The notes beneath the pieces were generated by a model. That model saw only the letters and a program-made list of their open reading frames with translations, was not told the DNA's origin and ran no database searches. This document shows positions 27,978 through 37,478 of a stretch of 64,000 bases of DNA, piece by piece. The stretch is from an uncultured Acidobacteriota bacterium. GTDB taxonomy: Bacteria; Acidobacteriota; Polarisedimenticolia; J045. The translations under genes were made by a program, and so were the position numbers. Location of the stretch: positions 32,001 to 96,000 of the forward strand of contig CAVPCQ010000039.1 of assembly GCA_963702425.1 (NCBI GenBank), given 5' to 3'. The first letter of the stretch is position 1. Each line of letters starts with the position of its first letter.

Positions 27978-30041
27978 ATGGTTTCAAAGCACGATCCCGT
28001 CGGCTCCGGGGCCGGCTCCGGCAGCGTCGCCCGCATCGGTTCCTGCGAGGTGCTGGAACTCGCGTACCGCGCTGCGACCGGCGGAGTCTACCTCGCGCGC
28101 CGGCCCGGCAGCGATGCCCCGGTCCTTGTCGCGCGCCCGCGTCAGCCGTCCGGTCTGCCGTCGGACGAACACGAGGAAACCGCGGCCCGCGCGGCGCGCG
28201 GGCTCCAGGGCGCGCTCGCGTTCCAGCATCCGGGTGCGGCCCGCGTCGTCGAGGCCGGGGAGGACGACGGCGGTGCGTTCGTCGCCTGGCTGCGCCCGCC
28301 GGGGACGCGTCTCGACGCCTTCACGGCGCGCGGCCTCGCGCTTCCCGCCGGCCACGTCGTGGAGATCGGCCGGCGGCTCGCACAGGTGCTGGGAGCGGCG
28401 CACCGCGCCGGTCTCGTCCACGGCGACCTCCGGCCTTCGCACGTCGTGCTGGCCGACGACGGGAGCCTGCAGCTCGTCGGCTTCGGCCTCGCCCCCGGCG
28501 GTGCGGCGCCGTCGCTGCGCGAGGACGCCTCCTTCGCACCGGCCGACTTCCTCGCTCCCGAGCAGGTCGCCGGCCGTGCGCCCGACCCGCGCTCGGACCT
28601 CTTCTCGCTCGCCGCGCTGCTCTATGCGCTCGCCTCCGGGCGCACGCCGTTCGGCGGGGAATCGCCCTCGTCGGTGCTCTACCGGATCGTGAACGAGCCG
28701 CCGCGCCCGCTGCGCGAATGGACTCCGGAGCTTCCACCGGCGCTCGACGTCTTCTTCGCGCGGGCGCTCGAGAAGGACCCCGAGGCGCGCTATGCGGACG
28801 CGGCGGCGTTCGAGCGGGCGCTCGCGGAGCTGGCGGATCTCCCGCTCCCGCGCGATCCGATCGTTCCGCCGGCCGGGGAGCCCATGCGCCCGGCGCCCGA
28901 CATCGGGGCCGACGACGAACGACCGCCCGCCTCGCGTGACACGCCGCGGGCCGCGCGCGTGCGCCGCCGCTCGCGGCCGCTGGCGATCCTTGCCGGCCTC
29001 GCTGCTGCTCTGTTCGTCACGATTCTGCTCTGGGTCGTGCCCTACCGGTTGGGAGTGGACCCGTTCGCGGCGCGGCGCCGCGGCGTCGAAGACCAGTTCG
29101 AGCGCGCGCTCGGCCCGCTCGGACGTGCATTGAGGACGACGGAGCCGGAGCGACGCCTCGCGGTCGAGACCGAGCCCGCGGGGCTGGCCTGGGTCGTCGA
29201 GGGCGGGGCACGGCGCGACGAGCAGGGGTTGCTCGCCTGGTTCCCGAACGCCACCGCGCCGATCGAACTGCGCGTCGACGACCCGTGCCGCGACGGTGCG
29301 GCGCGCTTCGCCCCGTCGTCGGCGCCCGAGCGGCTCGTGATCGCCACCGCCCCGCGCCGCGAGGAATTCCCGCTCGCAACCGATCCGGCCGGCGCGGAGG
29401 TGCTGATCGACGGCACCGCGCAGCCGGAGCGGACCCCGACGCGGCTCGTGCTCGAGCGCTGCCGCGGGCACCTCCTCGAGCTTCGGTCGCCGGGGCGCAG
29501 TGCCAGGACGGTGACCCTCGACGCGGGCGAAGCGGTCGAGACCTGGCGCGCCGCGCTGGCTTCGGTCGTGCTGTCGCCGCTTCCCAAGGGCTGGGTCGTC
29601 GTGCCCCCCGCCCCCCCCGGGCTCGCAGTCGAACTCCTGGCCCGCAGCGAGGGGGGCCTCACGCGCCTCGGTGTCGGCGGAGAGACGATCGAACTCGATC
29701 CGGGCCGCTGGCGGCTGGTGCTGCGCGCCCCCGGCGCGCTTTTCGAGCAGGAGCTGGACGTCGAACTGGCCGAGGGGGCGCGCACGACGCTTCCGGTGCG
29801 CTACCCTTCGCTCGGCTGGCTCTCGGTGCGCGCCGCGCCGCCCGGCGGGCCGGTGCTGGTCCGGCGGGGAGGCGGCCCGGAGGTCGGCCTCGGGGATGCG
29901 GCGATCGCAAAGCACCCGCTCGTGGCGGGCGAGTACACCGTGATTCTGGTCCACCCGGGCACCGGTGCGCGGACCACGCGAACGGTGCGCGTGCGCGCCG
30001 GCGAGACGACGGAGATCCGAGTGGGGAGCAACGAATGGTGA
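27978..30041 (+). CDS. Membrane Ser/Thr kinase-like protein (probable pseudokinase) with extracytoplasmic PEGA domains
   Basis: HP..ARV, VHGDLRPSHV, LVGFGLA, FLAPEQ, D.RSDLFSLA, GRTPF, RALEKDPEARY; TM; PEGA-like TDPAGAEVLIDG..TP and GWLSVRAAP. Confidence 0.85.
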   Translation: MVSKHDPVGSGAGSGSVARIGSCEVLELAYRAATGGVYLARRPGSDAPVLVARPRQPSGLPSDEHEETAARAARGLQGALAFQHPGAARVVEAGEDDGGAFVAWLRPPGTRLDAFTARGLALPAGHVVEIGRRLAQVLGAAHRAGLVHGDLRPSHVVLADDGSLQLVGFGLAPGGAAPSLREDASFAPADFLAPEQVAGRAPDPRSDLFSLAALLYALASGRTPFGGESPSSVLYRIVNEPPRPLREWTPELPPALDVFFARALEKDPEARYADAAAFERALAELADLPLPRDPIVPPAGEPMRPAPDIGADDERPPASRDTPRAARVRRRSRPLAILAGLAAALFVTILLWVVPYRLGVDPFAARRRGVEDQFERALGPLGRALRTTEPERRLAVETEPAGLAWVVEGGARRDEQGLLAWFPNATAPIELRVDDPCRDGAARFAPSSAPERLVIATAPRREEFPLATDPAGAEVLIDGTAQPERTPTRLVLERCRGHLLELRSPGRSARTVTLDAGEAVETWRAALASVVLSPLPKGWVVVPPAPPGLAVELLARSEGGLTRLGVGGETIELDPGRWRLVLRAPGALFEQELDVELAEGARTTLPVRYPSLGWLSVRAAPPGGPVLVRRGGGPEVGLGDAAIAKHPLVAGEYTVILVHPGTGARTTRTVRVRAGETTEIRVGSNEW

Positions 30042-31561
30042 GCCGTGGATTCCGCGTCCGAGGCGCGATCGCGCTCGTCGTCGCCGGCGCGCTGGCGCTC
30101 GCGGTGCCGGCGATCGCGAACGACGGGGACGCGGCCGCCCTCGAGCGGCGCTACCTCGCGGCGCGCGACCTCGAGGCGACCCGCCAGCTCGGCCAGGCCC
30201 GCGAGATGTACCTCGAGATCGCGGCGATCGAGACCGGCAACCCGCGGCGCGACGACGCGCTGCTGGGGCTGACCCGGATCGCGCTCGGGGCGAGCGGTCC
30301 CGACGAGCCGATCCCGCGCACCACGTCCCCGGCGGCGCTGGTGGAGGCGCGCGCCCGGCTGTCGGCGATCGTTGACGGTCCCTCCGGCGCCGATGCCGCC
30401 CCGGAGGCGGCCTACTGGTTGGCACTTCTGATGCTCGAGCCGCGCGCTCCGTTCTTCGACCCGGCGGCTGCGCAAGCCGAGCTCACCGCCTATCCGCGGC
30501 TCTACCCCGGCTCGGCCTTCAGCCGGGGCGCGATGCTGCGGGCGTCCGAGCTGCTGGTCGCGAGCGGCCGCGCCGACGCGGCCCGCCAGCTCGCCTTTCG
30601 CGCCCTGGCCGGCGGCGCCGCGGGGAACGAGGCGGCGCAGGCGTGGCGGGTGCTGGGCGAGGCCGAGGCCCGCGCCGGACGAGCGCAGCCGGCGCTGGTC
30701 GCGCTCGGCCGGAGCGCGGAGCTCGCGTCGGGCGGGCCGCTCGCGCGCGAGGCGACGGACCTGGCGACGATCGTCGACCGGAGCGCCTTCGGCCGCAGCC
30801 GCGGCACGGCCGGCGGCTACGACGCTTCGGGCCAGCCGGTCGGGCTACCGGGGCGCGTGGTCGACCTGGCCGCGCAGGCGGACGGAACGCTGATCGCGCT
30901 GATCGCGCGCGACGGGCAGCTCGTGACGATCGCGCCGGATGGGAAGGCGGGAAACCGGGCGACGGCCCTGGGCGCGACCGCCGTTGCGATCGACCGTTCC
31001 GGCCGGACCTGGCTCGCCGCCCCCGGCAAGCTGCTGAACGGTGACGACGGGGCCACGATTCCGCTCCCCTCCGGGGCCGAGGTCGTCTCGATCGCACCGA
31101 CGGGTCCGCAGGCGGCCTGGGTCGCCGACGCCGACCAGCGCCGGGTGGTGCGCCTGAACGGCGACGGGTCGGTCGCCGTCACGGCTCCGCTGCCACCGCG
31201 TGCCGACCCGGTGCGGGTCGCCGCCGCCGCGGACGGCGGCGTTTGGGTGCTCGAGACGCGGGGCCCGACCCTGCTCGGTTACGGTCCCGGGGGCGAGCAG
31301 CGCGCGGCGGTCGCACTCGCCGAACGGGTCGAGAAGCCGATCGACCTGAGGACCGACGCGCTGGGGAATGTCTACCTGCTCGCGGCGAAGCCGATCGCGG
31401 TCTACGTCTTCGATGCGTCCGGGAAGCTGGCGCTGACCTGGGAACCCGTGTCCGCCGATCCGAACGATGAGTTTCCGCGCCCGTCCCTGCTCGCGATCGA
31501 CGGGGCGGGGGGGATCGCGATCTACGACGCGCGCCGGGAGAACGTGAGATGGTGGCGTTGA
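30035..31561 (+). CDS. Exported TPR plus NHL/beta-propeller protein
   Basis: Signal peptide; TPR/BamD-like helices (APEAAYWLA, YPGSAFS); repeated P..VA.D..G..WV blades (AVAIDRSGRTW, PIDLRTDALGNVYL, LAIDGAGGIAIYD). Confidence 0.75.
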   Translation: MVSRGFRVRGAIALVVAGALALAVPAIANDGDAAALERRYLAARDLEATRQLGQAREMYLEIAAIETGNPRRDDALLGLTRIALGASGPDEPIPRTTSPAALVEARARLSAIVDGPSGADAAPEAAYWLALLMLEPRAPFFDPAAAQAELTAYPRLYPGSAFSRGAMLRASELLVASGRADAARQLAFRALAGGAAGNEAAQAWRVLGEAEARAGRAQPALVALGRSAELASGGPLAREATDLATIVDRSAFGRSRGTAGGYDASGQPVGLPGRVVDLAAQADGTLIALIARDGQLVTIAPDGKAGNRATALGATAVAIDRSGRTWLAAPGKLLNGDDGATIPLPSGAEVVSIAPTGPQAAWVADADQRRVVRLNGDGSVAVTAPLPPRADPVRVAAAADGGVWVLETRGPTLLGYGPGGEQRAAVALAERVEKPIDLRTDALGNVYLLAAKPIAVYVFDASGKLALTWEPVSADPNDEFPRPSLLAIDGAGGIAIYDARRENVRWWR

Positions 31562-31571
31562 GGGTGCCACG

Positions 31572-33710
31572 GTGAGGCGCCGGATCATCGAGTATGGCCT
31601 CGCGGCGGCGCTCGCGGCCGTCGCGCCGGTGTGGGCTGCCGAGCCGGCCGCGGCGCCTGCGCCGGCCCAGCCGACGCCACCGGCAACGCTCGCAACGCTC
31701 GACGACAACCTCGTCACGGCCGCTGCGGCCTTCAACGCGACCGAATGGGAGCGTGCGCTCGAACTCGCCCGCGAGACCGCGAGCGCCGCGGAGATCGCCG
31801 CCAGCGCCGCTGCGGACGATCCGGCCGCTGCCGCCGCGCTGCGCGAGCGGCTGGCGCGGGCCTACGACCTGGGGGCGCAGTCGCGACTCGCCCTCGGAGA
31901 CCGGCGCGGGGCGGGAGAGTCGATCGAGCGCCTGCTGCGGACCCGCCCGGGGTATCGCGTCGACACCGCGGCGAGCGGTCCCGGCTACGCCAAGCTGGTC
32001 GAGGCGCGGCGCCAGCTGCTGATCGGCTACATCGTCCCCGACTGCCAGCCGGTGGCCTGCGAGCGCGTCCTCGTGGACGGTCAGCCGGCCGAGATGGTTC
32101 CCGAGCACGGCTTCGCCGCGCTGGCCGGACAGCGGGAGGTCGTGCTGGGACGCCACAGCTTCCGCGACGCGCCCCCGATGCCGGTCCGGATTCCGCCTGG
32201 GGGCAAGGTCCCGCTCGCCGCAACGCTCGAGCAGACCTCGCGCGATCTGGTGGTCACGACGATCCCGCCGGGCGTGACCGTGCGGCTCAACGGGCGGCAG
32301 GTGGGCGTCACGGCGTCCGGGCCCGGCGGGCAGCCGGCGTCGCTGCCGCTGACGATCGATTCGCTCGTCCCCGACCACTACGTGCTGGAGTTCGAGGCCC
32401 CCTGCCTGCGGAAGGTGGAGCAGCCGGTCGAGCTGATCCTCGACGCGCAGGACCCGGGGGCGCTGGTGCTCGATCCGGTGCGGCTGGAGCCGACGCGCGG
32501 CACGCTCGATCTCAAGCCGCCCACGGGCGAAGGGATCGTCACGCTCGACGGACGCGAGGTTCAACCGGCGACGATCGACGCCTGCCCGGGCCGGCACGAG
32601 GTTTCATGGACCAGCGGCGGGCGCCGCGTCTTCGTCCAGGCGCTCGATCTCGCGGCCGACGAGACGGTGGTCGTGCGTCCCGTCCCGCGTCCGACCGCGG
32701 CCGTCGTCGAGGGGACGGGCCCGAACCTCCCGGCGGGGCTGGCCGCCGGCTGGAACATCGTCACGATCCCGGCCGAGCCGGGCGCCGCGCTCGTCAGCCG
32801 CGCGGCCGCGGCGATCGCCGGCCCCGCGGATTCGCCGCCTCTGGTCCCCGCCGCGCGCCGGCTCCCGGCCGGGGAACTGGCGGAACTGGTGCGGCGCGCC
32901 GCCCCCGAGGCAGACCTGCTGATCCTGCCGCTACCCGGGGGCGACGCCGCGCGCCGCCTGCAGCGACTCGCGATCGTCGACCCGTCGCGCGGGCTGATCG
33001 AATGGACGGCCTGGTCGGAGCGCGATGCCGTCGCGGCGCGGACGGTCTCGGACCGGCTCGCGGGCAAGGACCTGTCATTGATCGTCCCGTTCTTCGGGGT
33101 GGACCTGGCGCGGACGCGCGGCGGCCTGGTGATCGCCGGCGTGCTGCCCGACGGACCCGGAGCGGCGGCCGGCCTCGTTCCGGGAATGCAGGTGCTGACG
33201 ATCGGCGGGCGCGGCGCGGAATCGTTCGAGGGCCCGCTCGAGACGCTGGCCGGCGCGCTGCCCGGCAAGGCGGTCGGGATTCGGGTGCGCGGCACCGGCG
33301 GTGAGTCGGACTTCAGGGTCACTCCCGTGCCGGCGATCGACGCCCCGATCCCGGCGCAGCGCGCCCAGGGTCTGCTGTTGCCCGACGTCGCGCGGCTCGA
33401 CGTGCTGCGCGTCGCCGGCAGCGAGCACGAGCGGGCGGCCGCGTCGGTGCGGGCGGCGCTGCTGCTGGCGGCAGCGGGTTCCGATGAGCTCGCGGCCCAG
33501 GCGCTGGACCGCGTGACGGTCGACGAGCGCCTCGATCCGGCCGGCGACGCCTGGGGGACGGTGCTCTACGTGCAGGAGACGGTGGCGCGCCGGCTCGGCC
33601 GGAAGGACCTGGCCCAAGCCGCGCACGCGCAATGGTCGGGGCTGAAGGAGGCGCGGCTCGGCGGCCGCCTCGGACCGCCGCTCGCCGCGGCGGCCGGCAC
33701 GGCGGATTGA
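31572..33710 (+). CDS. Exported TPR-PEGA-PDZ domain protein
   Basis: Signal peptide; N-terminal helical repeats; PEGA LVVTTIPPGVTVRLNGRQVGVT; PDZ FGVDL..GLVIAGVLPDGPGAAAGLVPGMQVLTIGG. Confidence 0.75.
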   Translation: MRRRIIEYGLAAALAAVAPVWAAEPAAAPAPAQPTPPATLATLDDNLVTAAAAFNATEWERALELARETASAAEIAASAAADDPAAAAALRERLARAYDLGAQSRLALGDRRGAGESIERLLRTRPGYRVDTAASGPGYAKLVEARRQLLIGYIVPDCQPVACERVLVDGQPAEMVPEHGFAALAGQREVVLGRHSFRDAPPMPVRIPPGGKVPLAATLEQTSRDLVVTTIPPGVTVRLNGRQVGVTASGPGGQPASLPLTIDSLVPDHYVLEFEAPCLRKVEQPVELILDAQDPGALVLDPVRLEPTRGTLDLKPPTGEGIVTLDGREVQPATIDACPGRHEVSWTSGGRRVFVQALDLAADETVVVRPVPRPTAAVVEGTGPNLPAGLAAGWNIVTIPAEPGAALVSRAAAAIAGPADSPPLVPAARRLPAGELAELVRRAAPEADLLILPLPGGDAARRLQRLAIVDPSRGLIEWTAWSERDAVAARTVSDRLAGKDLSLIVPFFGVDLARTRGGLVIAGVLPDGPGAAAGLVPGMQVLTIGGRGAESFEGPLETLAGALPGKAVGIRVRGTGGESDFRVTPVPAIDAPIPAQRAQGLLLPDVARLDVLRVAGSEHERAAASVRAALLLAAAGSDELAAQALDRVTVDERLDPAGDAWGTVLYVQETVARRLGRKDLAQAAHAQWSGLKEARLGGRLGPPLAAAAGTAD

Positions 33711-33789
33711 CGCGGCACGGGCCGACCCGCGTAGAATCGGGCGCGTGCTCGGCGCCCCCCGGACGGGAACGACCTCGCGCGGGAGCCAG

Positions 33790-34353
33790 ATGCCCCAGCC
33801 CCTGGACCAGGATGCACTCGGCGCGACGCTCGGTGCGCTGTTGGCCTGCGTCGAGCGCCCCGCCGTGGCGATCGCCGCCGACGGCGGGATGATCGCGGCC
33901 AACACCGCGTTCGTCGAGCTCGCGCGCCGCGTCGCGCGCGGCTGGCCCGTCGCCGCTGAGGCGCTGCTCGCCCCGTCCGAGCACGCCCTCTTCCGCGCCC
34001 TCGTGCCGCACGCGATCGCGCCCGAGAGTTGGCGCGCGACGTTCGCCGACGGGGCCGCGCGCACGATCCGGGCCCAGGTGGTGCCGGTGATCGGCGCGTC
34101 GCTGGTGATCGTCGACGACGCGGTGGGGTCGTCGGCCGCGGCGGCGAACAGCGAGGCCGAGCTGCGGCACGATGTCGCGGGGCCGCTGACGGCGGTCCTC
34201 GGCACGGCCGAGCTGATGTTGATGAAGGGGGCCGACCTGCCGCCCGCGGTGCGCGACGGGCTGACGCGGATCGTCCAGCACTGTGGCCGCATCTCCGAGA
34301 TTCTCGCCTCCAACCGGGCCCGCGAGGGCTCGCGCCGCGGCAGGACGGCGTGA
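33790..34353 (+). CDS. PAS-like plus HisKA protein lacking an HATPase domain
   Basis: PAS-like AVAIAADGGMIAANTAF; H-box ELRHDVAGPLTAVLGTAEL; the ORF stops right after the second DHp helix. Confidence 0.7.
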   Translation: MPQPLDQDALGATLGALLACVERPAVAIAADGGMIAANTAFVELARRVARGWPVAAEALLAPSEHALFRALVPHAIAPESWRATFADGAARTIRAQVVPVIGASLVIVDDAVGSSAAAANSEAELRHDVAGPLTAVLGTAELMLMKGADLPPAVRDGLTRIVQHCGRISEILASNRAREGSRRGRTA

Positions 34354-35819
34354 GCGACCCGCGGCCCCCCGCCGCCGTGCCCGGCGGCAAGATCCTGCTC
34401 GTCGACGACGACCGCGCGCTGCGCGAGATGGCTGCCGGATTCCTGCGCTCGCTCGGCCACGAGGTGGATGACGTTGCGACGCTCGAGCAGGCCCGCGCGC
34501 GGATCCGAGCCCGGCCCTACGAGCTGGTGCTGGCCGATCTGATCCTGGAGCGCGGGACCGGCCTCGACCTGCTGGCGGAGGTGCGCGACGCGTCGATCCC
34601 CTGCGAGGTGATCATCATGACCGGGCACGGCGGGATCGAGTCGGCCGTGCAGGCGATCCGCGAAGGGGCGTACGACTACGTGACGAAGCCGCTCTCGCTG
34701 ACGCGACTCGCGCTGGACGTCGCGCGCGCGCTCGAGAAGCGCAGGCTCGAGCAGGACGTGCAGCGGCTGGCGGCGGCGAAGGACAGCGCCTTCGGCGGGA
34801 TCACCGCCGCCTCGGCCGCGATGCGCCCGGTCGTGTCGCTGCTGCGCCGCGCCGCGGACAGCGACAGCAACCTCCTGCTGCTCGGCGAGTCGGGCACCGG
34901 CAAGGAGGTCGCGGCGCGCGCGGTTCACGAGCACTCCCGCCGCGCGGCCCGGCCGTTCGTCGCCGTCCATTGCGGTGCGCTGCCGGCGGAGCTCCTCGAG
35001 AGCGAACTGTTCGGCCACGTGAAGGGGTCGTTCACCGGCGCCGAGCGCGAGCGCAAGGGGCTCTTCCTCGCGGCGCAAGGCGGAACCCTGTTCCTGGACG
35101 AGGTCGGCACCGCGCCGGCACGCGTTCAGGTCGGTCTGCTGCGTGCGCTGCAGGAGCGTCGCGTCCGGCCGGTTGGCGCCGAGCAGGACCTGGCGGTCGA
35201 CGTACGGATCGTCGCCGCGACCAACGCCGACCTCGATACCGAGATGGCGGAGGGGCGTTTCCGCCTCGACCTCTACTACCGCCTGGCGACCTTCGTCGTC
35301 CAGATCCCGCCGCTGCGGGAGCGGCGCGAGGACATTCCGCTGCTCGTCGGGCCGCTGCTCGAGGAGGCGGTGCGCCGTTCGGGGCGCAAAGCGACCGTCT
35401 CCCCGCGGGCGCTGGCCCGGCTCGCCGGCTACGACTGGCCGGGCAACGTCCGCGAGCTGGCACACGTGCTCGAGCGCGCGGTCCTGCTGGCCGAGGGATC
35501 GGTGATCCGCGAGCAGGACCTGCCGCTTCCCGCTCCGGCGGAGCCCGGGGGGGAGGTGGCGACCCTCGAGGAGGTCGAGCGCCGGCACATCGAGCGGGTC
35601 CTGGCGCTCTGCGGGGGGAACAAGGTCCGGGCGGCCCGCCTGCTCGGGATCCCGCGGCCGAACCTCTACCGGAAACTCGAGCGGTACGGGCTCGAGGCCG
35701 GGCCGTTCCCGGGCGAACCGCACCCGCACGACGAGCCGGTGGAGGCCGCGTCGGGCCAGCCGGCCGAGCCCGCCGCGCCGACCGCAGCCGCGCGCCGGCG
35801 CCAATCGAACCTCTTCTGA
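34350..35819 (+). CDS. Sigma54-dependent response regulator (NtrC/AtoC family)
   Basis: Receiver LLVDDD/LADL/MTG/TKP; AAA+ GESGTGKE, ESELFGHVKGSFTGA, LFLDEV, WPGNVREL; HTH GGNKVRAARLLGI..LYRKL. Confidence 0.96.
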   Translation: MSDPRPPAAVPGGKILLVDDDRALREMAAGFLRSLGHEVDDVATLEQARARIRARPYELVLADLILERGTGLDLLAEVRDASIPCEVIIMTGHGGIESAVQAIREGAYDYVTKPLSLTRLALDVARALEKRRLEQDVQRLAAAKDSAFGGITAASAAMRPVVSLLRRAADSDSNLLLLGESGTGKEVAARAVHEHSRRAARPFVAVHCGALPAELLESELFGHVKGSFTGAERERKGLFLAAQGGTLFLDEVGTAPARVQVGLLRALQERRVRPVGAEQDLAVDVRIVAATNADLDTEMAEGRFRLDLYYRLATFVVQIPPLRERREDIPLLVGPLLEEAVRRSGRKATVSPRALARLAGYDWPGNVRELAHVLERAVLLAEGSVIREQDLPLPAPAEPGGEVATLEEVERRHIERVLALCGGNKVRAARLLGIPRPNLYRKLERYGLEAGPFPGEPHPHDEPVEAASGQPAEPAAPTAAARRRQSNLF

Positions 35820-35895
35820 CCCGGTCCTGAGCCGCGCAGCCCGCCGCTGCCCCCGGGGGGTCTCGCCGGGCGTCTGGCGGTCTCGGCGGCCCCGC

Positions 35896-36049
35896 TGTCC
35901 GTGAACGGACAGGTCCGAGAGCCCCGCCAGCCCGAAATCAGGCCGAAGTCCGGCCTTCGCGCCCCGTGGACCCCGCTTTCGGGCAGCCCGGAGGGCCGAA
36001 GTGTCAATAAATTGCACCTTCTCGAGCGAGGCCTGTCTCCCGGCGGACA
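35896..36049 (+). promoter_or_regulatory. Putative enhancer sites TGTC-N8-GACA for a sigma54 activator
   Basis: TGTCCGTGAACGGACA (35896-35911, palindromic arms), TGTCAATAAATTGCAC (36002-36017, imperfect), TGTCTCCCGGCGGACA (36034-36049). Confidence 0.6.
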
Positions 36050-36156
36050 GTTTCCGTCCGGCGGGACGCGGGCCGGCCGCCACTTTTCGCGCGCGTCCTC
36101 GCGAAAGTTCCTGAAACCACGGCCGAAGAGAGGTTCAGACCGCGACGCTGCGGGGG

Positions 36157-36172
36157 TGGCACAACGGTTGCT
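36157..36172 (+). promoter_or_regulatory. Sigma54 (-24/-12) promoter
   Basis: TGGCACAACGGTTGCT matches TGGCAC-N5-TTGCW exactly; ~45 bp upstream of ATG 36217. Confidence 0.85.
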
Positions 36173-36216
36173 CTTCGTTCCCGCAAATGCGCAATGACCG
36201 AGCCGATGGAGTCGAA

Positions 36217-36546
36217 ATGAAGGAGCAGGCACAAGGGGCCGTCCGGCCCGTCACGAAGACCGACGAGGCCGTGCGGCGCCTGCGCCCCGTGGACGGCTTC
36301 GTGGTCGGCGGCGACGCCGAGTGGGTGGGCGGACAGAACCTCTGGCTGCTGCTCTCCCGCCCGGGCGAGCGCCTGATCGACTTCTTCGTCGAGGACGACG
36401 ACCAGGAGCTTTCGCCCGACCCGGTGCCCTGCGCCTGCGCGGGGATCCTCCCGGACGGCACGGTGGTGATCGGAGAGGTCGACTGGGAACTCGACCGCTT
36501 CCTGTCGGAGATGTTGGACGAGCAGGGGAACGCCGCCGCGCGCTAG
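36217..36546 (+). CDS. Acidic hypothetical protein
   Basis: GGAG RBS, GC3-rich codons, first gene after the sigma54 promoter; no family recognised. Confidence 0.7.
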   Translation: MKEQAQGAVRPVTKTDEAVRRLRPVDGFVVGGDAEWVGGQNLWLLLSRPGERLIDFFVEDDDQELSPDPVPCACAGILPDGTVVIGEVDWELDRFLSEMLDEQGNAAAR

Positions 36547-36572
36547 GCGCGGGGCAGGGGGTCAGGAGCGCC

Positions 36573-36836
36573 ATGATGACGAGTCCGTGCGAAGTGCTGC
36601 CGCGTGAAGACAAGGCGAAGCAACCGGCCGAGCCGCTCTACGACCGGCTGATCCCGGCCACCCGCGACGACCTCCTCCGAATCGAAGCCGGCGCCACCGC
36701 GCAGGCGATCCACGCCGCCGTGGACGATGGCGCGCGGCCGGTCGAGATCCACTTCGCCGGGCGGACGATCCACGCCCGCCCGCTCGACACCCGGCGCTTC
36801 GTCCGGGCGATGAGCCGTTTCGTCAGCCTCAACTGA
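36573..36836 (+). CDS. Small hypothetical protein (87 aa)
   Basis: AGGAG RBS, MMTSPCEV..., host-like codon usage; no family recognised. Confidence 0.65.
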   Translation: MMTSPCEVLPREDKAKQPAEPLYDRLIPATRDDLLRIEAGATAQAIHAAVDDGARPVEIHFAGRTIHARPLDTRRFVRAMSRFVSLN

Positions 36837-36851
36837 GGAGCCGGGTCGACG

Positions 36852-37466
36852 ATGACTGCAGGCCTCGTCTCGCGGGAGCCGCGCGTTCTCGGGGGGCGGC
36901 TCATGGCGGCGCTGGCGTCGCAGGCCACGCACGACCTCAACAACCACCTCACCGCGGTGCTCGGCAAGGCCGAGTTCGGCCTGCTCGTCGCCGACCCCGA
37001 ACGCAAGACCGCCGCGCTCTCGGGGGTGCTGGAGGCGGGCGATGCCGCGCGGCGCCTGGTGGCCGACCTGCAGCGGCTCGCGGCCTTCAGCGAGGGGGTG
37101 GGCGATCCCGTTCCCGCGGCCGAGGTCGCCCTGCTCGCGACCCGCCTGCTCGACCGCCGGCTGCGGCGCGCGGGGATCGAAGTGCGCTGCCGCGGCACGG
37201 GGCCCGGTCCGGCCCGGCCGCGCGCGGCGGCGGCGGCGCTGGCGCTCTGGTGCGCATTGCGCCGTCTGCTCGAGGACAGCGTGGGCGCGGCCCCTCACGC
37301 CTGGGACCTGTCCGTCACCTCCGCCGGGCGCGACGACGAGATCGCGGTCCGGATCGAGGGGGCGAAGCTCCAGCGGGGCACGCTCGACGCGCTCGCGATC
37401 CAGCTCGCCGACGTCGAGGCGCGGCTGGAACGGCAGGGAGAGTCGCTCGTGGTCGTTCTTTCCTAG
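36852..37466 (+). CDS. HisKA plus degenerate HATPase-like protein (ChpT/Spo0B-like phosphotransferase candidate)
   Basis: H-box ATHDLNNHLTAVLGKAE; C-terminal region of CA-domain length with no recognisable N, G1, F or G2 boxes. Confidence 0.6.
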   Translation: MTAGLVSREPRVLGGRLMAALASQATHDLNNHLTAVLGKAEFGLLVADPERKTAALSGVLEAGDAARRLVADLQRLAAFSEGVGDPVPAAEVALLATRLLDRRLRRAGIEVRCRGTGPGPARPRAAAAALALWCALRRLLEDSVGAAPHAWDLSVTSAGRDDEIAVRIEGAKLQRGTLDALAIQLADVEARLERQGESLVVVLS

Positions 37467-37478
37467 AAGTCCGAAGGG

